Assembly (NCBI GenBank): GCA_973851085.1
Contig: OZ316775.1
Location: forward strand, 3,410,001-3,474,000
Origin: Ptychomitrium polyphyllum
Lineage: Eukaryota
Direction: 5' to 3'
Length of the DNA: 64,000 bases
A model generated the notes under the pieces. That model was given only the letters and a program-made list of their open reading frames with translations. It did not search any database and had not been told where the DNA came from. The translations under genes and the position numbers were made by a program. Each line of letters begins with the position of its first letter. Within the stretch, counting starts at the first letter, position 1. Shown here piece by piece: positions 1 to 14,100 of the stretch.

Positions 1-1525
1 GTTGCTCGCTTCCACAATTTTGAGCCATTTGAGTAAGGTTTTTCATGTCCACTGAGGTTCAGTATGTGTGAATGGGTCTTTGTTTGAAATTCACTCTTGA
101 GCATTCTTTGCCAGAAATTCACTCCAAGTTGCTGAGTATGACAACAATGACGAGAAGAAAAATGCTATTGATACTGTCCATGCTCTAATGACACAATTGC
201 CTCAATGCATTTTATTGCATGTAACTTGATTTTGCAGGCCTTGGAATGTATATTGGCAAATTTTTTATTGATGATTCTTGTGCAAATTGACAGTATTCGT
301 TTAGCATGTTTGCCACAACATGACTTGCAAGAAGTATATTTTAGGTGTAGTATGATAGTACCAATGTGACTGTCTACATGAATTACTGTCTTCATTACTG
401 TTGTGCAAAGTACTGATTAAAAACATTAGTACTGCAGAAGGAAAGGGCTTCACAGGTTAACAACCTACATGGCTTTTCTCTTGATCTATTTGCCAAGCAG
501 GTAGCTTGATGGGGCAGTGTGCCAATATCCCCTGCCATTGTCATTGAATTTGATGATGAACTTTTCTAGAATAAGTTCAGTTAAAACTTATAGTCTGATG
601 CAGTGCAGCTGAGTCCTGAGAACATTCTGTGAGATTTCTCAGATCTATGTAGAAGTCAAGTGATGTAATTCGTTCTTGCACTTGTACAAATTAACTTGCA
701 GTTACAAGGTATTCTGAGTAACTGATTCTATGATTTCCATTTGGGAAATCTGTGTATGTGAAAACATGGAGCAGCAGAATCAGTGAGACAATGCACATCT
801 TTGACAAATACCTTCAAGGTGAAGTACAGAATACCCATTCCTGCATTCAAAAATGTATGAACTTATCTTTGCTCTACTTTGATAACCATGTCTTTCCTAA
901 TCAAAATTGGTCATGCAATATCTTGGATACTGAAAAGAAAACCATCTGGTATGCCTTCTCAGGGTCACACCTAGACTCAAACACTCTGATCAAATGGCTG
1001 AATCAGTTAGTCCTCATCCTGAGACTGTCTTGAGCCCTGGCTTCTCCTGGCCAGTCTAACCTAACTTAAGAAATCCTGTACACAGAGATAGTGTGGCAGT
1101 GCCCAGCAGTGGAATGCTCAATGTTGATTCTTGACAATTCACAATAGGGCACATGCTGCACTATACAAATCGCTTTCATTTGCCACTTTGGAAGCATGCG
1201 GCTCCAACCCGGATGGTGAAAGACCTGACTGAAGCCTGTCCACAGGGGAAGGGTGAGGTCAAGTGCTCCCTAACCCTTCATCTCTACAGCTATTTGAGCT
1301 TCATAACAGTTTAGCTATGAGGCCATACACCATGATCAACTGGACTACAATAATATTCCACTTCTTCTCTAAACGGTGAACTTTGCTAAATATTGTCTTT
1401 ACCTAGAGTATCTAGCACCATATTGTATTGTAAAAATGGTAAAAAGCCATTCAGCTTAAAAGGTAGGTAATGTTCACATCAAGATTGTAACCAGTAGGCT
1501 ATAAACTCTACATGTTGGCAAATTT

Positions 1526-1645
1526 TGTCCTTAAAAATCACACAATTTATGTCCTTAAAAGGTAAATGTGTCCCATGTCCTTAAAAATCACACAATTTAT
1601 GTCCTTAAAAGGTAAATGTGTCCCATGTCCTTAAAAATCACACAA
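1526..1645. repeat. 50-bp tandem repeat, ~2.4 identical copies
   Basis: The unit tgtccttaaaaatcacacaatttatgtccttaaaaggtaaatgtgtccca is repeated exactly at 1526 and 1576, with a partial copy at 1626. Confidence 0.95.
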
Positions 1646-4600
1646 GATGAAGTTTGAAGGATAAATTGAATAAAAAATATATATCATGAGATTACCAACT
1701 CAATTGTCTATATACATTATGTGGAAACTACTTGCTAATTTTAACACCCTTTTTGAGTAAAAACACTGACCCTTCAAACGAAACCACTTTTTGGTTTCTG
1801 AGGACGTAAAGGTAAAAGTGCCAAAATATTCATGCAGCATAAATACATAAATGGCCATAGTCTTGAGCCTCTGGAGTCTGTGGTTGCTTTGTAATACAAG
1901 GTTAGCAAACTTGCAGGCACTAAATTGCATAAATTGTGTATTTACTGTCAGCACTTTTGTTTTAGAATTGGTTCAAATACAAGTATCTTACGCAATGGGC
2001 TCTGAAGTCTTTGGGAAATCTCTTCTAAATCTAGGTAATGTACTAGACAAATCTGTGTACCTCACTGGCCATAACGTCTCCTTTGTCAGGCTTTTGCTTT
2101 CAGGACATCTACAACTTCAATGCGTAATCATCATGGTGATGCAATTCCTCATGGTATTTGCAAGAGTGCCAGAAATGAATATTAAGCTATTCAACTCAAA
2201 ACAAACCTGTGTCATTGTTAAGTCCACATGAGTAGACTTAGGTGCTTCTAATAATGCATGGTGTACTTCTACTCAGAATATTTACATCTAGCATGTACCC
2301 ACTTGAAAACCTCTTTTGTATCATTTTGATATGCAGTACAATGTCAAAATGAAAGTGTCTGCGACGGACTTTCATCTGGTGACACCATCCTGTCAAAATG
2401 ATGTCCTGAATGGTGAGTTATCTTTTGATGTCATTTTGATACTGGAATTATCATCTGCAGTCTACTGATGCCCTGCCTCGACAATATTATTTGATCAGTT
2501 TAGAATGATCTCTTGCTTCTGCTGTGGAGAATGTTATTTCTTTTGAACGGACTTATGCAAAATGTTCCAGTGTGCCAACATATGTAAATAAAATGGTATG
2601 AAGCCTTTGCTTTCAAAAATTCTATAAATTTGCCACTCAGGTTTGCAATATTTATTTTGTTACATGTGCCATGGCATCCTTCCTTGGCATACACCAGAAT
2701 CCAGATGCGTGTGAAAAGACAGGTTTAATCAATGCAACTAAGTTGACTATAACCTTCTTTTCTTCTTCTTCTGTTCACCAAAATTATGTGGTGAAACTCA
2801 AGATCAAATGTAGGCTTTAAGTTGCATCTTTGGACCTTGCAAATTTCAGCACAACGTCTTAATTATATAAATTAAATCAAATGAGGCTTTATGTTAAGTT
2901 TTGATTTATTTTCCTGGACACAATATTGAGTTTCCATTGGGCTTCAAGAATTTGGACTTAGCTTGTCCAGTAGCATTATCAAGGCACCTCTCTGAACAAC
3001 CCTTTCAAATGGTGCCATACCATTCCTTTGTCAAAACCTTATCGAGGAGTTTGAGCACCAACTCACATTAGGGTGACACAATGAAGTTTGTATATTGCAA
3101 TCAAGCATTTTATTGATTGATTGCTGATGTTGTTGCTTTCAGACTCTGAACAGCCTTAGGGGAAAAAAATACTAACTAGTCTTAAAAGAAGGTTGCACAC
3201 ACCCCAAAAAGTCATACACATAGAAATTTAGCCTGTAGCAGTTGACTCATCTTTGGCAAAATGAAGTGAAAGGTCCTCATAGTACCCCTGACAGTCATGG
3301 TGTTACATAACTAAGAAGGGCTTTACAAATTCCTCTTCTGCACATTTTAGTGTACCTCAAATTCATAATGCACTTGGATCCTTTTAATGTAAATTCCATC
3401 TCGTTCCTGACCCTCTTATACTAGTAATAAATTTTATCTCAAAATCAATGCCAAATGGAATGCACTTGATATCTAAATTGTCAGTTTGATGATCTGCCGG
3501 CATCGGCTCAAGCCATTGAAACAGAAGGCTTTATCTGTTACAGTTTCAACTGATTAGGTTAGACTATCATCCATCAATGGTTTGACATTGGATACAGCCT
3601 TCTGCAACTTGGAAGGAGTTACTGAATGGCTTCATTTTCATTTCGAAACTGATGCTGATTGGACACTAACCAGGCACTAACTTAAATATCAGACTTCAAT
3701 TATGCATGATATATACAAGTATGAACTTTGAGATACTGGTATAAATCCATATGCATTAACAATATAAGCTAGGGAAGTTACCTGGACAGTTGTCAACTAC
3801 ATATTTCGCATTTCATGCACCAGGAGAGCAATTCCCATAATGTCTGCTGTAGTTATATTCCCAGCTTCTATGCAGGTAGGTGCACCTCAAACTAACCAAA
3901 TTCCAAAATCTTCACCATTTGGTGATGTATTTGTTTCAAATGCTGCAGAGTGTGTTGCTAGAAGAATAGTGCACATAACTTACATCTCAAATTTAGTGAA
4001 TCAGGCTGCAGTTCCTTTGTACATGTGAATGTTTTGAGTCAATAGGAAATTTTCCTTACATAGAGCCCCAAGTGACAGGAAAAGGGTGGACCTATCTTAC
4101 TCTTGCAATTTCAATTCTAAAAGTGAATTGAGCAGCATCCAGCAGTAGGCCTGCATGATGCACTAGAGTTCAGTCACTTACCACTGCCATTAAGCTTGCA
4201 TACACCCACTGTGGTAGTAGGACAATAGCCCCAGGTGTTTGTGGAAGATCGGTGCTGTCTGCACTGTGCAATTGATGTGCAGTCTGCCATTCCATGTTCT
4301 TGTCAGCTGTTTGGAATATCTAGTGCTCCTCCAGAAATTTATCATACTACTGGATATCTTTCAGAAATGTTACCATAGTCACATAACGTTTTTGTCATTA
4401 ATAAGTTCTACAAATAGATAACTATATGGCTTTGGAAATATATTTTCTTGCCAAGGAAAAAAGAGTTTTAGGAAAACACCTGTTAGAAAAACTCTAATCT
4501 TAGAAAATATTAAATTAATTGGTTGGAAAGTGATGACCTGCAGTATTCATTTGAGCAGTACAAAACCAATAGAACTCAATGTCTCAGATTTTATAAAAGT

Positions 4601-6290
4601 TCTGGACTGTAATCTCTATCATCACTTCAAAAGTTTAACTTGCAAAATAGTCTTCGCATGCCAGTCCAGCATGATTTGCACTCTTTTCTACAATTTCAAG
4701 CAGGTACAGAAATGATATGGGTTTTGAGTTGTATGGCCTCCATTGATGGGTGAATTTCGGCTGCTGTTTTACCATGCATGTAACTTATCTCATTATTTAA
4801 TCTGACTCTGTAATGAGAGATCACCAAATGTAGAGCAAGCAGCCTGCATGTCCTTCAGTGTATACAAGGCTGTGAAGAAACAAAACAGAATTTGTCAGAA
4901 CCAGCTAAGGTGAGTTATGATGAGGAGCAGCTAGCACTCAAAAGTCCACATCTTGAAAATACTCTTAAGCATGAATCACATGCAGGATGAAAGTAGTGAT
5001 TGCTGCACGGTAAGTTCTTAATGCAGTCTTAGCATAGTTACCAGAAATGCAGAAAACAGAAATACAAGAAGGAACGCATAAAAATCAGTTGGAAATGCAA
5101 AACAATGTACTGTGGACATTGGGAATGCAGGGGAACTTGGCAAGAACAGAGGGGAACAAGAGGTTGAAAGGAGGGAGCTTCTGTGAAGCTTGCTCCCTTA
5201 TCTTGGCATCCCAAAATGCACTTATTGAAAACACTGAGAAACAAGAAAAATGTATGTTTTTGGTAACCCTAAGTAGTGGGACATAGCTAGGCAACTATAC
5301 AATGTCAGACAATACTATAGCTTAATTTGCTACAACCTTCAGGGGTAATTTTGTTTTGAACCAGAGTTGATGCATTGCATGCCCATCTTTATGTGTCCCA
5401 TGTATCAATTTTGCCCAAATATTGTTCCAGAATGTCCACCAAAATGATTACTTTCTGAACCAGCCTGTGATGGAAAAGGACATCACAAGCAGAGTCTTTG
5501 TTTCTAGAAACTGATATAGCTGCAAATTAAAGCTTTGAAAAAGCAGTAAGGAAAAAGTGTTTGCCTTACCAGATGAGTGTCCTTATCCAGCAGCTGACAC
5601 CATGTACACCAAATTGTGAAGATAACAGAGCAGTTATTGTACAATAACTTGGCATACTAATACAGCATTTAAAACAGGACTAGTTTGGCCTCTTCAGTCT
5701 TGCATATGCTGATGCTTCTGCACTATTTCTTCCAACTCACCTTACAAGCAAACTTAACTTAGACCCAGAAGAAATCCTGCAGTGCTGATGGTGATAGAAA
5801 ATGCCAGGGAGCACAACCCTTGTGCAAATGTAGATGACCCACATTTGACATCTTAAACTTAAGAAATCAACTTGAGTATTACCAGCATAAATAAATATAC
5901 AACCAACAACTATGTATTACCTTCTGAAGGCAGCTAAAATTTCAGAAGGTATTTCAGAAGTCAATATTCCCCATCTGTGCAGTTGGAGAGGCACACACCA
6001 AATGGCTGTTGTTTTGTCATATGTGACATCAGCCATTATTCTTTCACACCCCATCTTTTGTGTACCCTTTGGATCAATAAAGATCTCTAAGCTGAGATGC
6101 CATCCAGAGATAGTATTGTTCCATATCCAACCCAATATTGGGTGATGGAGACCACACAGATTTCTATAATAAACAGAATATGGAACGAAATTGATGCATA
6201 AATATGCGTAAAATTAAATATATTGAGGATGTTGTACAGCACTCCATATCAAAAATCATATTGGAACTGAGACTCTGAAAATGAATTATG

Positions 6291-9200
6291 CTAAAGACTT
6301 TCCTTTCTAAGGGGAGTTGACAGCCATGGAGAACAACTGTAACACCTTTGCTGCTCTCTAACACCTTGCACAAATGCTGCTGGCACTTTCTCCACAGCCT
6401 GCAAATACATCCATGCGTAAGAGAACAGTCATTGCAGAGTTTGTTAGATGGAACAGCTGCAAACGGAACAAATAATTCTACATGAACTTTAGAGTGATCA
6501 AGTAATGAGCAAGTACCCCCAAAAGAATACTGGACCCAAAGTGCCACCGGGACAGAAAGAACTCGCATTAATGAATACTTTTTTTGGAATGATAATGGAC
6601 AGTTTCATATAGCTTTCAAATTCTTCATAAATTAAACGCGCTCTGAATAAGAGGTTTTTAATTTTGAAGGCTTTCATAGTTCCATGCTTATGGCTTTTCA
6701 AATAGAAGAGCGGGGACATGAGCATCAGAATAGAGAATGGAAATGGTTGAACGAAGTGTATTACAAGGTAGCATAGTAAATGTTCCTATTCACTTACTTT
6801 GGTGGAAGAAAGTCGCTTCACGCTTGAATCCAAATCAGCTTGTAGCTTTGTGGCTTGTCTCTTTATGTGTTGAATTCTTTTCCAACATTTACCATGTCAA
6901 GAAGTGGTAAGTATGCTTCTAGACCTTCCGCAATCACCAAGTGTACAGCTTGGTTTGCCTCGCCTGCATGGCAATCCAATGCAAAATGATCAAGATGTCG
7001 AAATGGTGATATCAAAGAACTAACCAAGCATTAGATTTGAGGTGTTTCAGAATAACTAATCCAACAGATCTTCTCCTACCAATGGAGTGATAAAGAACAG
7101 AAACATAACAAACTAAGAACCTATTCAAACGTGAAACCTACGGTGCAACAAACTGATTACAGTTCAGATCATCAGATGATATTTTGAGACAAGTCAATAT
7201 CTACAAGAATCAGCAGTTATGCACAATACGTTCTACGGCCTTTCTGATTAATCCCATGGCTGTATTCAATGCTTGTAATGAATCCTACCAGAGCCTGCAA
7301 TTTATCAAAATCTTGAAAAGCCTTCACGCCCTTAGGACGGCCAGATTGTGGCCATAGTGATACAATTAGAGCTGTACCTTCATGTGGCATGCCCTACACA
7401 TCAACAAATCCCAAGAACGTATCTCAAAATGAGTACAATAAACGAGCCATTTTAATCAAGTCAGTCACGTAACATTAGTTGCTAGAAGAAATCACCATGC
7501 ATTACGGACTGCAAATCTACATGCATATCTACTGGAAGCTCCAGAAAAAATTATGAAGGTTGTATTTAAAGACTCCTGATGATCACCTGCCAAAGCTCGT
7601 CAGTGACAAATGGCATGAAGGGGTGAAGCAATCTCAGCACAGATTCAAACACATAAAATAGATCTGCCTCAGCTCGTGACAAGGATGTTGCATTTTCGTT
7701 CTTATGAAATCCCGTTTTATTCGCCTCAATGAACCTGATCACGAACCGACGTTGTGGTAACCTTCAGTAATTCGAAAGTAGATGCAAAGTGAAGACAATA
7801 CAATGCCTCTGATGCAGAAGCCTTGTTGTGATACTTTTGTGTAGAAACACAAGTGCCGAACAGCCAAACTGCCAAATGGCCACCAAAATAGATGCTTACC
7901 ACCAGATAGTTGCGCTCAGCCAAAGAGAAGCTAGCCATTCAGCTACAGTATCAAAATGCAGACAAAGAACAGAGGGAACAAATTTGTCAGTTTGACATTT
8001 TGACATTTTGACAGACTGGCAGAACATAGAACTTTGTGTCAGAGAACTTCATGTTTCATCGTTCAAGAAAATGTGAGCTACTCAAACAGAACTAAGAAAT
8101 GAATAGAAGTAACAAGAGCATTCATACAAGAAAACAGGTAACAGAGAATGTGGTACCAACCTGAGCATCACGGACCAGTCCATGCAAATAAACAGTTGAA
8201 AAAAGGCACCTTCCCGTAAACTCAATGCCCATCATAATCATCCTTGCGACCCAAAAGAAGAGGATATCATGCCTGTGTGCACAAACAAACGACATACATA
8301 ATTAACTGTGCACAAGATAGCATGCTCTAAGACTCCTAGTTACTCCTGTTAAGTGAAATTCAAAACCAAACTAAGTGCTTGCAGTTAAAATATTAAAAAT
8401 CTTACCCAGTCTCCATTACAGATGTGGAATAAAGTCGCTGATAATCATCTGCTGAAATATTAGGCCATCCCAGGGTCCTGAAAGGCCCAATCCACTGCAG
8501 CAGGACGGTTTAAAGACAGACTGAGTACGAGGTTGTCGACTGTGAACAAAGTATTTCAGAAAGATATTTACAAGATATACAAGTATATCCACGCTCTAAG
8601 ACTTAAATTACCAACTCCTAAACAACCTACTAATGAATGGCGGGTAACTAATAACGCTCGTTTTGAAGGCACATACCTAGAGAACCAAGTATCAAGATTC
8701 TTGAATGAGTTTCATATCGTCCCCATGCTTACTTCGAGCGGCCTTGTAAGAATCTTCTTCGCAGCGGGCTACTATATAACCTGTCTTATCATTGCTTTCT
8801 ACACACCAAACTGGAATACGATGACCCCACCAGAGTTGTCGAATCACACACCAGTCCTTGATGTTGGAGAGCAAAAAGTTGTAAATCTACTGCCACAAAA
8901 AAGAATGTTGGTGACACCTTTCCCTTGAAATTAGTTCCATATTATTTTGAACTATATCACACGTTTAATGACTCACCCACCAGATACTACACCACGGCCC
9001 TCGCAATAAAAACTGACGTAAAGAAATATGAAACGAGGATGAAAATAAACCTTCTCAAATCAGCCAGGAATAACGCGAAGCTCCCCATCTTCCAGAACTA
9101 TATGTGCTTTGTCAGCCAGTGGCTGCATTATGATGAACCATTGCTTGCTCACCAAAGGTTCCACCACCTGCAAGTACCAGAAAGATTGGATAGAACTTTA

Positions 9201-10478
9201 TCACCCCCGCCAAGAGGACCATGTTTACGATCCTGAAAAATTGAGTGCTTTACGTTGCTAATAGGACTGACAGACCAGTCTCTAATCCCAGTCTCTATTT
9301 CTGCATGGCATGATATCACCCTGGATAAACTATGTCCATCAACAACTTCATGATCCAATACGCCATAAGAATAAGCCTACCTGGTTTCAATTGTATACCC
9401 CAAGGATAATAGCTAAAACAAACAATTGAAGCACCTGAGTAGCAATGCCAGCATGGTCAGTTCCAGGCACCCACAACGTGGGTCTTCTACTCATCCGCCA
9501 AAACCTTGCCATGATATCCTGTGCAAGCACAAGAGTCAATTCTCGGAACTAACTCATGAATACACATGCAACAGCACCTTCGAGCAGTTCAACACATTTT
9601 AAAGGATAACTAAAACTCTACACCACACAACTCAAGTGTCACAAATATGGCATGACCCATGTGAAGAGCACCCGTCACATTCGGAGGCGGCATTGGTATA
9701 ACAAAAGGCTCTCCTTCCGCAGTTGCATCCGGTTCGGAGTACCCTTATCCTTCCCATCTAACATATACCACAGCAGTGACGACGGCGATCATGTTATAGT
9801 GTAAGTCAGTGTTAAAACCTACGCTCTGCTCTGCTGTAGTGTATTCCCATTTGTCAAAAAAAATCAAATTGTTTTACAAAAACTCAAAAATCATTTCTCT
9901 GCTAAAATACATTAGCCAATAATGAGCGCATCTGGCAAATTCCTCACTACTAAAGCCACAGAAATACCATACCAGTTATACAGACGCCCTTCACTTCAAA
10001 AGTTAAAATTCTTCCCGAGCTCCACAGAAGGCAAATTCGCACTGGACATTGCAGCGTTCACTCCAATCAACACCAAATCACAAAAATCCAATCACCTACT
10101 CTAATATCCACTCCCTCAATCACTCATAATTTCCTTAAAAAAATTAAAAGAATCCCCAAAACTCAAGCTTTTGGTATAAGACCTCGAACTCAACTGCAGC
10201 CCAATACCAGGAGCTTGCAAGAAAGAGACCCGCCGGCTCCACACCAAGCACGTCGAGAAGCTCCCACCGCTAGTGCTCCCGTCGGTTGTCCTCAAGGTGC
10301 CACCACCTCCGACGACACTCGACCACGCCGCATCAGGTGGAAGGTGAAGGTGGCGTCCCAACGGAGGTGCACTCCGAAGCGCAACGAGGCAGTTTTTCTT
10401 TGCCGCGGGCAGCACGCTTGCGCTACACTGCAGTGATTGCAGCCTGGTGGTGCGCAGGGCCGACGAGACTCTCGCCAT
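6291..10478 (-). pseudogene. Non-processed pseudogene of organellar (plastid/mitochondrial-type) valyl-tRNA synthetase
   Basis: Minus-strand exons read as ValRS: transit-peptide-like exon 10478-10208 (MARVSSALRTTRLQS...); [41 protein letters not shown] (HIGH-type motif, ~9700-9631); [28 protein letters not shown] (9518-9435); [65 protein letters not shown] (7734-7587); HLVIAEGLEAYLPL; AVEKVPAAFVQGVREQ (from 6398). In-frame stops at 9996-9998, 9745-9747 and 9060-9062; frameshifts near 8697, 8488 and 6875. No KMSKS exon was found. Confidence 0.93.
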
Positions 10479-11149
10479 CACCAAAGCACAGCAACGCAAA
10501 TGCAACGCAAGCAATCCTGCGAGGCTGCGCACTCCATCGCCACTGCAGAGCTTCTCCTCGTCGCCTTGTTTGGGACTCCTCCGTGGATGACCTCTAGACA
10601 GAAGCATCCTATGTTCATCAAACTTCATCCAACATCGTCCGCGTTCGTCCGCGTTTGCTCGCGTTTGTCGATGCCCGTCCACGTCCGTCCGCTCATCGGA
10701 TGTCGTGACCAGCGTGGGGCGGGTTATTTCGTTAAGGAACTCCACGCCCGTTTCCACATGGAATGGGCATGGGGTCCATTGAATCAACATCCACATGCAT
10801 TTGGATTTCCATGTGAGTCATGTATAACATCAATAGCTAAATAAAATAACACAAACTTTACAGAGCGTTAAGATGGAGATGAATTTCATGTAGAAATGAT
10901 GTGGACAAGCAGGTTAAATAAAACCATATGGAAATTCCATTATTTCATATGGGATGCACATTTTGTATTGTGTGATGTGAATGTAATGTAAAATACTGTT
11001 GGAGGACGCATCAAGCAATTCCATATGGTTTCTATACTAAAACTAGTCATTCTGAGTTTCATTATGAGCCTGTTGTCAACAGAAGATTTTTGCATGACTC
11101 CATAGCTGAAACTGTTTTTCAACAAGGTAGCATCTCAAGTTCTTAAATG

Positions 11150-14100
11150 AATTGTTTGTGTAGCCCTTTCTAATAAATGCATTATATTGAGTTCAGTTTT
11201 GAAGTTTAAATTATGTTGATGATTATGCATTCTCCATATTCTGTAGGACCAATTCACTCAAAAAATTGGAAGGGAAAGGAAGGAAGGATAAGCATCTGAA
11301 CATTTAATTGGATGCACATGTTTCTAAAGCATAGAAAAAAATAAAATAGAGCGTAGACAAAAAAAAAAGGTTGATTTGCATTATGGATTCATGCTATTCG
11401 GAAAAAACTTTTATAAAGGATTATGGTTAGTAGATTCATAAAGTACATTATTTAATACAAAACAACTCGTCTTTGTCTTATATAAAGATGTAATAATGTC
11501 TTTTTGTCAATTTTGGTTTCATAGGTGTAGGATGATTTGATTTGTGTCTATTTTCAAATACATATTTAACTTTAATGGAAAATATTGTTCTACTATTAAG
11601 GCATGATACTAGCCTTTTATTCTAGTATAAATAAAATGGTTACCAAATTTTTATTAAGTTAGAATTAAATTTTGTAATTGGACTATTTTCTATTTCAACT
11701 TATTTACTTAAAAAAGTAAATAAATGATTGGAGATTCTTACATTTAAATATGTATTTTATTGAAGTGGACAAACATTTTCATTTTAAGTTGTATTCTAAT
11801 TGTAAATGCAAATAAGATGAAAAAGAAGTTAATTTACATATAGGCCCTTCAATAAATAAATAAATTTGAATTAAATATAACCTTATATATTCCAATTTTG
11901 TCTCAAAAGTTAAAAATTTTTATATACTATATGATAAGTAATAAAATCATTCTTTTAACATTGTTGAAGCATTTTTAGTAAATAAAAATCAAACTTCATC
12001 TTTTTAATTACAATATAAGTAAAGTTTGTTCTTTTTAGGCTTATATTTATGCCTTAAAGAATTAATCAATTACCTTTTTAATAATCATTTATATCTTGAT
12101 TATCATCTTATGCTATAAATTAAAAGAATAAGGTAATTGTGATGTCTTAAAAATTAAAATTTATATCATGGATGAAATGATTTTAAGGCAATTATAGCTT
12201 CAAAACATCTTTAATATATTACTATAGGAAAATTCACTTTTATATTGATTAAAATCTCTCACGAAAGATATATTGATTCTATTATTGGATTTAATTAGAG
12301 TTCTTTTTTATGAAGTATTAATGGAAGAAATGGTCAGATCTTTAGATCAGCCATCTAATTTACAAGTATTTCTCTTCTTTTGAGTCAGTTTATGCCTACA
12401 AAAAAGAAGAAGATAATAAAATATTTGTATACAATGGCACAATAGAATCTACAAAAAATAAGTTTTAAGAAGTGAAGAAAAAATACCAATATAAGCTTTG
12501 TTGAATTGCTTGCTTTATATAATGAGTTTTTTCACCAAATTGAGATGTACTAAAAAGAAAAGGTGAAATTAGAGACGATTTTGAAAAAATGCAAATGCTT
12601 GCTACTGTGGTTAGAGCCCTGGAGGTTAAGATCAACTAACTTTGGTGGTGGAATGTAGAACTACTTCCTCAAGCTAAGAGCTTAAGGCTTCAATATCCAC
12701 AAGAAGATCAAACAACCATTCAATTACATCTAATTAAAAAATTTCTTCCAAAATGCCTCAAACTATGTGTTAGCTTCTTCCTACTAGAAGTCCTAGTAAC
12801 CTTTGTCTTCTACAAATATCATTTAAAAAAATTTGACATTACTTATTAATAATACATAGAAGATCCTCTAACCTTTTTGGTAGTTATAAACAATTTTTTG
12901 AATCACTTTACATTTGATTTTATAGTCAACTATACAATTAGTATGTCCCTTAGATGGTACAAAGGATTATATAAGTATAACTTGTGATGAGTTGCATTTT
13001 GAAGCCAGTAATGATCTTTGCCAGTAATGAGTTTTAATTTTGATGTGAACAACCATTGTCTTTTTCTTCTTCAAATATTTGAGTGACATAATTTACATCC
13101 TTTTTTTTCTTCAACGATGATGATGTTTGTGTCTAAAAGAGGAGATTTTGATTCCTTAAATTTTGATTTTTGAATCAAGAAAAGAAAAAAAATTAATGAA
13201 AATATAACAACACTTATTGAATATAAATAAAGAAAAATCTTTAATTCCAATCTCATGTTGAGACATTAGCATATACACCAAGTCAAAAATTATTTTTTCT
13301 GTAAAAAAATTTGAATTTTTTTGGATGTGCATTTCAAATTCATGGACTAAAAAAAATCAAAATATATGCCAATAAAAAGAACAAAAGAACAAAAGAAATT
13401 TAATTATTTTATAACTAATTTTTTTGAAAGATTAGAATACACAATAGTAAAAGAAAAAAGAACAATAGAAAAAAACCAAAAAAAAAATATATATTTTTAA
13501 ATTTTTTTTCTAATTTTTGTAAATAAAGAATCTCTTAGTGCTAAATTTTGAAATACATGTCACTTTTGAAACTCCATACATCAACAAACCAACATAGTTT
13601 CTAGAACAATCAAAACATATGAATTATTTGATTAGCAAAAGAATCTTTTTTTTATTCTTAACAAATAAATAACAAAGATATTTACAAATAGCCATTCATA
13701 TGTTTGTGATAAAGTGTATGCTAAAACCCAAATCAAGTGTAAATCAAACCCTTGGCATTGCAAGTTTAAAATATAAGCAATTTCAAATTTGCACCTCATT
13801 AATAATTCAAATTTGCACTTGTAAAGTGTAATTTCAAAAATGCTTGTATTTAGACTTTTAATACCAAAGTCTAAAATAATTAGAAACTCAAATATTAAGG
13901 TGTATTGTAAAATAAACTTTTAGCGCCTAGAATTTGTTTTTTGTACATAATGAAATTAAGCATTGCAATGTACCATGGCAAATCGCCAACAATTCATTTA
14001 AAAACTAAATCCTTAGTATTATTAACTAGAATTTTGGACCTTTTATAAAAATTAGTTTTATGGAATTTTCTTAAAATTCGAATTTTTGGTGCCAGAAGTA

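Noticed and set aside
6291..10478. Stops in ValRS restored by U-to-C RNA editing or readthrough
   Set aside because: The locus is nuclear with spliceosomal introns and also has frameshifts and deleted catalytic exons, which editing cannot repair.
10116..10844. 226-aa minus-strand ORF and overlapping plus-strand ORFs as independent genes
   Set aside because: They are explained by ValRS exon 1 plus GC-rich promoter sequence with few stops.
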